Positions 58,565-64,000 of a DNA stretch of 64,000 nucleotides are shown one piece after another. The DNA lies in the sequence record PP337211; one strand, written 5' to 3'. The stretch is from Escherichia phage ERS-1. The notes beneath the pieces are model-generated. The model did no database searches, was not told the origin of the DNA, and saw nothing but the letters and a program-made list of their open reading frames with translations. A program made the position numbers and the translations under genes. The stretch's first letter is position 1; every line of letters starts with the position of its first letter.

Positions 58565-59701
58565 ATGGAACACCAGCACCTTCGGCATCAAGCTGAGCAA
58601 GATCTTCCCGTGGCTGGTTCAGGAAGGAGCTGCCGGGATCAATCGACTTCCCGTGGCGGACCTCCTCAACGCGCCCGGAAGGTGAACAGGCCTGCGCATG
58701 ACCTTCGCCCAGCTCCGTCCAGGATGACCTGGCGGTGAACGGTCGCCTTGGCGGGACGTTCAACCTGCTTCGCCGCCGGAAGGATGACGAAAGCGACGGG
58801 ACCGCGGGCGCCGCCGCACGGGCGACTGTCCGTGAATGCCCGAACCTCCCTGGCCGGCTCGGCATGAGTTCGCCCTTCACGTGGTGGGGCCTTCCACCTC
58901 CCGGAGGAAGGCCGGGCGTCTGGGCGTCCGGACGATGTCACCTGCCTGGAGCTGCGGCGGCGGCTCGTCACGCCTGCTCGGCGAAGGACCTGATTGGTGG
59001 GGCCTGGCTGTCTGGGTTGAAGCCCGGGACAGGTACTGTACGAACACCGAGCATCCGAGGACCCTCCGGTGATGGTGGACATGGCGGGGATCAAGCGCAA
59101 GGACGCCAAAGGAAACTACCTGGGCCGTCCTACGGGATGGGCGGGGCGAAGATGTGCCTGGGCTCGGGCTCCCGACGATGATGGCCGTGCGCGGCCCCCG
59201 CTTCCGCTGTTCGACGCGGCACCTGCCCGGAGGGTCGGCGCCTGGTCGCGGAAGGGGCGCGGAGGTTCGAGGCCGCGGGGCCGGAGGGTCAGGCCCTCCT
59301 GGACACCCTCCACCCGGGTGCCCGTTCGCATCGGAGAAGCTGGCGAAGGCTTGCGAAGCCCGGGCGAAGGCCGTGGGCGGCGTCACATGACCTGAGCGGT
59401 CGCCGCTGCCGCTTCCCGAAGGAGGGGACGGGAACTACGACTGGGACCCGGCGACCAACCGGCTGATCGGGCTCCTCCCGCGGACCGGGTCAAGATGGCG
59501 ATGGTGGCCTGCGCGGAAGCCGGACTGGGGCGTCCCGGGGCCGGCGATGAGATCGCCTTCGGCTAGGCGAGGCGGAGGAGGCCGCGGAAGCTGCCTGGTT
59601 GCGGACGTGTACGCCGCCCCAACTCCCGTCAAGGTGGACGTGGAGATTGGGCAGGCTGGGGTCATCGCTTGGGCTGGACGGGAGCCGCCTTTGCGGTTCC
59701 G
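58565..59701 (+). CDS. 5'-truncated family A DNA polymerase paralogue (polymerase domain only; possibly a pseudogene)
   Basis: Collinear inverted homologue of minus-strand 16230-15095: PNL box TVRECPNLP, motif A-like D.VTCLELR, SAKDLIGG, FEAAGPEGQAL, EKLAKACEARAKAVGGVT, motif C-like GDEIAF, C-terminus VKVDVEIGQAG...RFRYG, TGA at 59699-59701. Contains a 50 bp stretch identical to the reverse complement of 15481-15530. No exonuclease region. Confidence 0.5.
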
Positions 59702-59799
59702 CTACGGGTGACGTGGGTGTCGGCTCACTCGTTTGCGGATCGCTGCGGGTGTACCCGCTCGACCCCGCAGGAAGTCCGGGCGAACCCCTGGAGAACGAT

Positions 59800-60100
59800 A
59801 TGCGCCGTGGCAACGACAGCGTCCGTGGACCTCGAAGTGTTGGCGAGCGTGAGAAAGGGGGCCCTGGTCGACGGCGGCGGTGAGGAGGAAGTCTGGATGC
59901 CGGGTTGGTGTCCGCGCGGTCGAGAAGAAGGGCCTGCGGCCACCTGGACCGTCACCGAATGGATCGCCGGGTCAGAAGGGGCTGATATGAATGATCGCTG
60001 TGCGCTGGGAAGTTCTGGGCGGCGATGATCTGGGAGGCGGTCCTGGTCTGGCTCCTGGTAGGCGGTTGCCGGTGGACGCCTTCGAGTCCTTGACCTGGCC
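59800..60100 (+). CDS. Small hypothetical protein (paralogue of the gene downstream of the left polymerase)
   Basis: GGAGAA, 4 nt, ATG at 59800; homologous left copy reads VIERETDKAYLIDHSG but has ACC in place of the ATG. Confidence 0.3.
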
Positions 60101-60159
60101 TCCTGCTGGGCGGCACTTCCTCGGAACGTTGCCCGGTTTCCGCTGAAGGAGGAGGTGAA

Positions 60160-60378
60160 ATGAGCGAACGTCAAGACCGCCTGGGACCGCCGCGATGTTG
60201 GGCTGGCCGGTCGTCGCGGGCTGGAAGGGGTGATCAAGGTCGGAGCCGTCCTGGTCGGCCGGGCGGTGGCGCGGCTTCGACCGGGTTCAACGGCTTCCCG
60301 CCCGGTGCGATGACTCGCCGGAGCTGTACGCTGACCGCGGTGTACCTGCCGTCGGTGGCGGAGGCGTTGGCTCTTTAG
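60160..60378 (+). CDS. Small hypothetical protein
   Basis: Strong RBS AAGGAGGAGG, 5 nt, ATG at 60160; MSERQDRLGPP...; ORF as given in the track. Confidence 0.4.
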   Translation: MSERQDRLGPPRCWAGRSSRAGRGDQGRSRPGRPGGGAASTGFNGFPPGAMTRRSCTLTAVYLPSVAEALAL

Positions 60379-60387
60379 GCTCGCCTG

Positions 60388-60410
60388 CGACGGCTTCGCT
60401 CTACATTCTT
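60388..60410 (+). promoter_or_regulatory. Degenerate plus-orientation paralogue of copy 5 (right arm of the duplication)
   Basis: cggcttcgctctacattctttccc aligns with the minus-strand reading of copy 5 (cggcttcacgctctatacttcttcccc); flanking sequence is collinear. Confidence 0.35.
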
Positions 60411-61276
60411 TCCCTGCTGTCCGAACTGTATGGAGGCCGCGGGGAAGGCGGGCGTGAAGCGGGTCGCCTTCCCGGTCGACTACGGGCTGCGATCCGGGGT
60501 GGGTTGCTGAGTGGAATTCGACGGTTGATGAGGCTTTGGAAGTCGCCCGCCGTTAGGGGTTGAAGCGAGGTGGGTAGATGTCTGAAGCCGGGCGCGGGAC
60601 TCCCTCCGCCCCGTCATCCGGTCGCTGGACCCGGTGCGCGTGGAGAACCCCTTTCGCGCCCGGGACCCCGGATGTGAACTATGCCGGGCTGGATTGAATT
60701 GAAGTTCGCTGAACGCTGGCCGCCCTGGGCGGACCGCTTCCGAGTGGACCGACTCCACCTGCCCAGCACCTGGCTCACCCGTCGCCGGGTGCCGGGGCCG
60801 GGCCTTCCTCCTGCTGAAGGTCGGGAGACGGAGTGGTTGCTGATTCGATGGAGCGGTGGCCGCTGCGACGCCGGGCCGGGTTCCGCGAGAACGCCTGTAT
60901 GAGGTCTGCGCTGCCGTTGGATGCCTTCCAGAAATGAGGAGATTTGTAAATGTCGCCGCGGTGAGGCGGGCGGAAGGTGAAAGCCCACCGCTACACCGCC
61001 GCTGGCAGGGTTGAACCAAATTGAGGCCGCGAAGGAGTACGGGGTCCTTGCACCGCTACCGTGATGGGAAGCGGACCGCCGCCTGGACGATGAACCGTGC
61101 CTGTCCCGGCGAGGTCCGAGCCCGAGGTCTGCTTGCTGTTCCGCCGCCGCTCGGGCAAGACCTGCGCGAAATCGCCGCCGCTCTGGGCTGACTCGCCTCG
61201 GGTTGTCCAGATGGCAGGACGGAAAGCGCCGGTTGAGCGCCTTCGTGAATATTGGGGCTTTTGAGGGGGATCGGAA

Positions 61277-61868
61277 ATGGCGGAACTGCCGAAGTGGAGA
61301 CGAGGATGGTTGACTTCCTGAAGAAGCGGTGCCGGAGGGGCCGTGGGTCCTGACGGCCATCGTCCGGACGGGAAAACGGAGACGGTACCGTCTTGTTGCC
61401 CACTGCTTAAGGCCGCGGAGTGGATCGAGGGCATCAGGGCAAGCGGGCCCCGGATACTTCCTCGCCAACCCGGCTCCGCCGGGCGATGGACGTGAAAGCC
61501 TCGAAGGAGGGATGGCCCGCCTCGCCTGGCTTCGCGTCCACCCCGCGAGCCGGGAGGACTTCGAGGAGGAGCGGGCGCGGGCGCTCAGCTGCTCCGGTCT
61601 GACCGCCGGAGCCGGCGGTCATCGTTGACTCGGGCGGGGGCTATCCGGGCTTTTGGCGTCGAACCCGTCCGAGGCCTGGAGATTGCTGGATCGGCGGCGA
61701 AGGCTGGAGCTGGAAGCGTAGGTGTTCGGCTGGAGAAGGTGTTTCAGGCGGACCAGTTGCCGGCCACGTGGACCGCATCATGCGCCTCCCGGGCGATCAA
61801 CATGCCCCGCGAAGAAGGTGGAGAAGGGTCGCCTGCCGACCCTCGCCCGTCTGCGTGGAGTGGAATGA
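61277..61868 (+). CDS. Gene X paralogue (about 197 aa)
   Basis: GAGGGGGA, 5 nt, ATG at 61277; shares blocks (acggccatcgtccggacgggaaaacggagacggt; cgtgaaagcctcgaaggagg; gtcatcgttgactcgggcgggggctat) with minus-strand 13611-13023; C-terminus AKKVEKGRLPTLARLRGVE. Confidence 0.45.
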
Positions 61869-61911
61869 GGCCGCTACCCCATCGAGGTTTACCCCCGCGG
61901 TTCGAGTCCAG

Positions 61912-63783
61912 ATGGCGGAGCAGGGCCTGGCCGGGGGCCGTCCGAAGGTGAGATTGGGGCACGTCCGGAGGTTCGGGGACGGAGGAGCTGCGGAGCGGGC
62001 CCTTTAGGCGCAAGGCCATCCGTTACCCGCGCTGGCGCTGATCGCTACTGGGCAGGGACCCGCCGGACCGACCAAGTACCCCTCCCGGTCGGAAGCCCTG
62101 TTCGGGTGCTCGCTGCGACCTCGTGCGGGCGGAGGTCCCTGATGAACGACTTCGCGGGTGATCGCCGGCTTCGGCGAAATCGCCGCGCAGCCTGTCCGGT
62201 AGGGCCCAACTGGGAAGGCTACGCCTGCGGGGGTTCGAACGTGCCCTTGAGGAGGCGGTGCACCCTCGGCCTGGGCGGACCAGAAAGCTCGCCGTCGGTG
62301 GAGGTTGGCGGAAGTGCCGGGCGGTGAGGTCTGGGACCCGGCGATGAAGCGGTACGGGTCTGGGGGTCCTTCGAGGACTTCCGGCACGCTACCGCCGGAG
62401 GTAGTGGTTGGTCGGAGGAGGGGGTAGCCGTTGAGAAGGCCGCGGGAGCCTTCTGGATCGATCACCCGTGCTGCCCGGCACGAGACGGTTGGTTCGCCCC
62501 CGGCCTGAGGTCGAAGAAGCCTATGCCTCTGGCGCGGGTTCGCGCGCGATCCTCCCGGCGAGAGCTGCGCCCTCCCGGCACCTTCGTGAGGGCGCCGCCG
62601 GGGAACCCGGCTACCACGGTCACCTGGTCGGGTGGATGGCGCGGATGGTCCCGTTGCACGGCCCGGCGAGTGGCCGTGGTCCTCCGCGGTCGCCGCGGGC
62701 CGGGTTCTCTTCCTTCGCCGGTAGTCCTGGCGCGATGTTCGGGGGCGTCACGACTTCCGGCTTGCGACGAGCTGGTGGGCTCCTCAAACGCTTACCTTTG
62801 CATACCGTCCTGCTGTTCGGTGATGAGGCTTTCTTCGCCGGGAGGAGGCGAAAGCGTGCCGAGACCTCGCGACCGAAGAACGCCTGGTGATCGAGGGTAA
62901 GGGCGTGGACGCGGAAGCGGCCCCAACCATGTCCCTGGTCCTCGCCTCGAACGAAGATTGGGCGGTGCCCGCGGGTCTGGATGAACGCCGGTCTTCGTTG
63001 GTGGAGGTGGCGAGGGCCCGGTGACCCCGCCTGATTTCAGCGGTTGGGTGATGATCTGGAGGGCGCAGGACGCAGCCCGCCCCAGCCTTTCTCCCACCTA
63101 TGACCTGAGCGCCTTCGAGGTTCGCCAGTTAACCGGGCGCTGCAGGACCAGAAGATCATGAGCATGTCGCCGGAAACCTGTGGATGTATGAGAAGCTGTG
63201 GGAGGGCCGGTCGCTCAAAGACCGACCAGGACTGGCGAAGCAAGGTGGTGAAGGACAGCTGCTGCCGCATGACGACGACGCAACGACCTCCGCGACCAGG
63301 GCCGGAACTTCCGCATGAGCCGCACCCGGCTTCGGCGGCTGGCTGCCCGGGCCTTCCCGGACGGCTGGCCGCGAAGTGAAATGGCGGAGATCGCTTGGAC
63401 GGGTCAAGGTTGGCTTCGAGGTGATGATCGAAGAAGCGCGTGGCCACCACCCGCCGCCGGAGGTGTCCGGCGCCTGGGAGAACTTTGGCGGCCCGTTCGA
63501 GTGGCCCGGGGTCCAACCTACCAGGAGCCTCTGAGGACGGCCCGAAGTCGGAGGCCGTCCCTTCCCAGGATGCCCCCATGAGTGAGCACGCTGTAAGCGA
63601 CGAAGCGGGAGCTGGAGGGGGCGGGGATCGCCTACACGGTGGAGCTGGCCGGAGAGGTCAGGAGGCCGCTTCGCCGTGAGGGGGAAAGCCCCGATGGTGA
63701 CGTGCTCGCGGACTTCCTCCACGTCGCGTGGCCCTCGGTCGCTCGCCTTCGCGTCTGGTGGAAGACCGCCGCGCGCTGGAATT
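61912..63783 (+). CDS. SF3/P4-D5-type helicase-like P-loop NTPase (right copy)
   Basis: ATG at 61912; Walker A region VVLRGRRGPG(K)SF..., Walker B TVLLFGDEAFFAG (62810-62836), sensor-like LVLASNEDWAVPAGLDERR (about 62940-63000); several frame breaks; ends just before the plus-oriented motif at 63794. Confidence 0.45.
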
Positions 63784-63793
63784 GACCTGAACC

Positions 63794-63823
63794 GCTTTAC
63801 TTCTTCGGACTCTATCACTTCTT
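63794..63823 (+). promoter_or_regulatory. Bipartite conserved motif in plus orientation (right-arm counterpart of copy 4)
   Basis: gctttacttcttcggactctatcacttctt on the plus strand, followed by GGAAAGGAG as at copy 4; spacer is shortened. Confidence 0.45.
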
Positions 63824-64000
63824 TGCCAGTTTGAGAAATGAACTGGTCCGGCCAGGTCGCGATTCGAGATTGGAAAGGAGCTGACCCTTAAATTAGGAAG
63901 AAGCCTTCCGCTGGTGCGGCTTCCCGATCCCGCGCGGTGGGGGTCCTGGTAAGTTGGGCGAGGACTCGCTGCGCGAAGCCCGTTGCGATTCGAGTTTGAA

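Noticed and set aside
1-64000. CRISPR arrays, rRNA genes, or an integrase with flanking att sites
   Set aside because: No regularly spaced short direct repeats with unique spacers, no rRNA-like conserved stretches, and no recombinase-like motifs were found. The short Arg-rich segment near 59,090 (IKRKDAKGNYLGRPT), which superficially resembles a serine recombinase linker, is part of the polymerase paralogue.

Overview
GC-rich window with one ~0.55 kb AT-rich island at about 57,975-58,520. The content looks like a phage, prophage or plasmid replication-plus-structural region, read almost entirely on the minus strand from 0 to 57.9 kb, with a short plus-strand block from 58.5 kb to the window end. 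Recognisable genes are a family A DNA polymerase, a RecD/Dda-like SF1 helicase, a class II-like ribonucleotide reductase, several P-loop NTPases, and tail-like structural genes. Main caveat: true reading frames are interrupted every few tens of codons by apparent 1-2 nt indels, so the supplied ORF track is dominated by wrong-frame Arg/Pro/Gly-rich ORFs. All CDS calls below are anchored on conserved protein motifs, third-position GC bias and RBS-plus-start context, and their boundaries are approximate; the tape-measure-like region was only noted in reasoning and is not listed as a feature. Nothing was searched against a database. The three most notable observations are: (1) a bipartite motif (consensus on the transcribed strand GCTTTACTTCTTCGG ... 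CTATACTTCTTCAC) repeated at least 11 times in the same orientation as transcription; (2) a diverged inverted duplication of more than 5 kb that places a second, exonuclease-less polymerase domain and a second gene X / SF3-like NTPase pair at 58.5-64 kb, mirroring 16.2-10.9 kb; (3) the AT-rich island, with nested inverted repeats and a near-consensus sigma70-like promoter, sitting exactly at the junction of that duplication. No rRNA, tRNA or CRISPR array was found.
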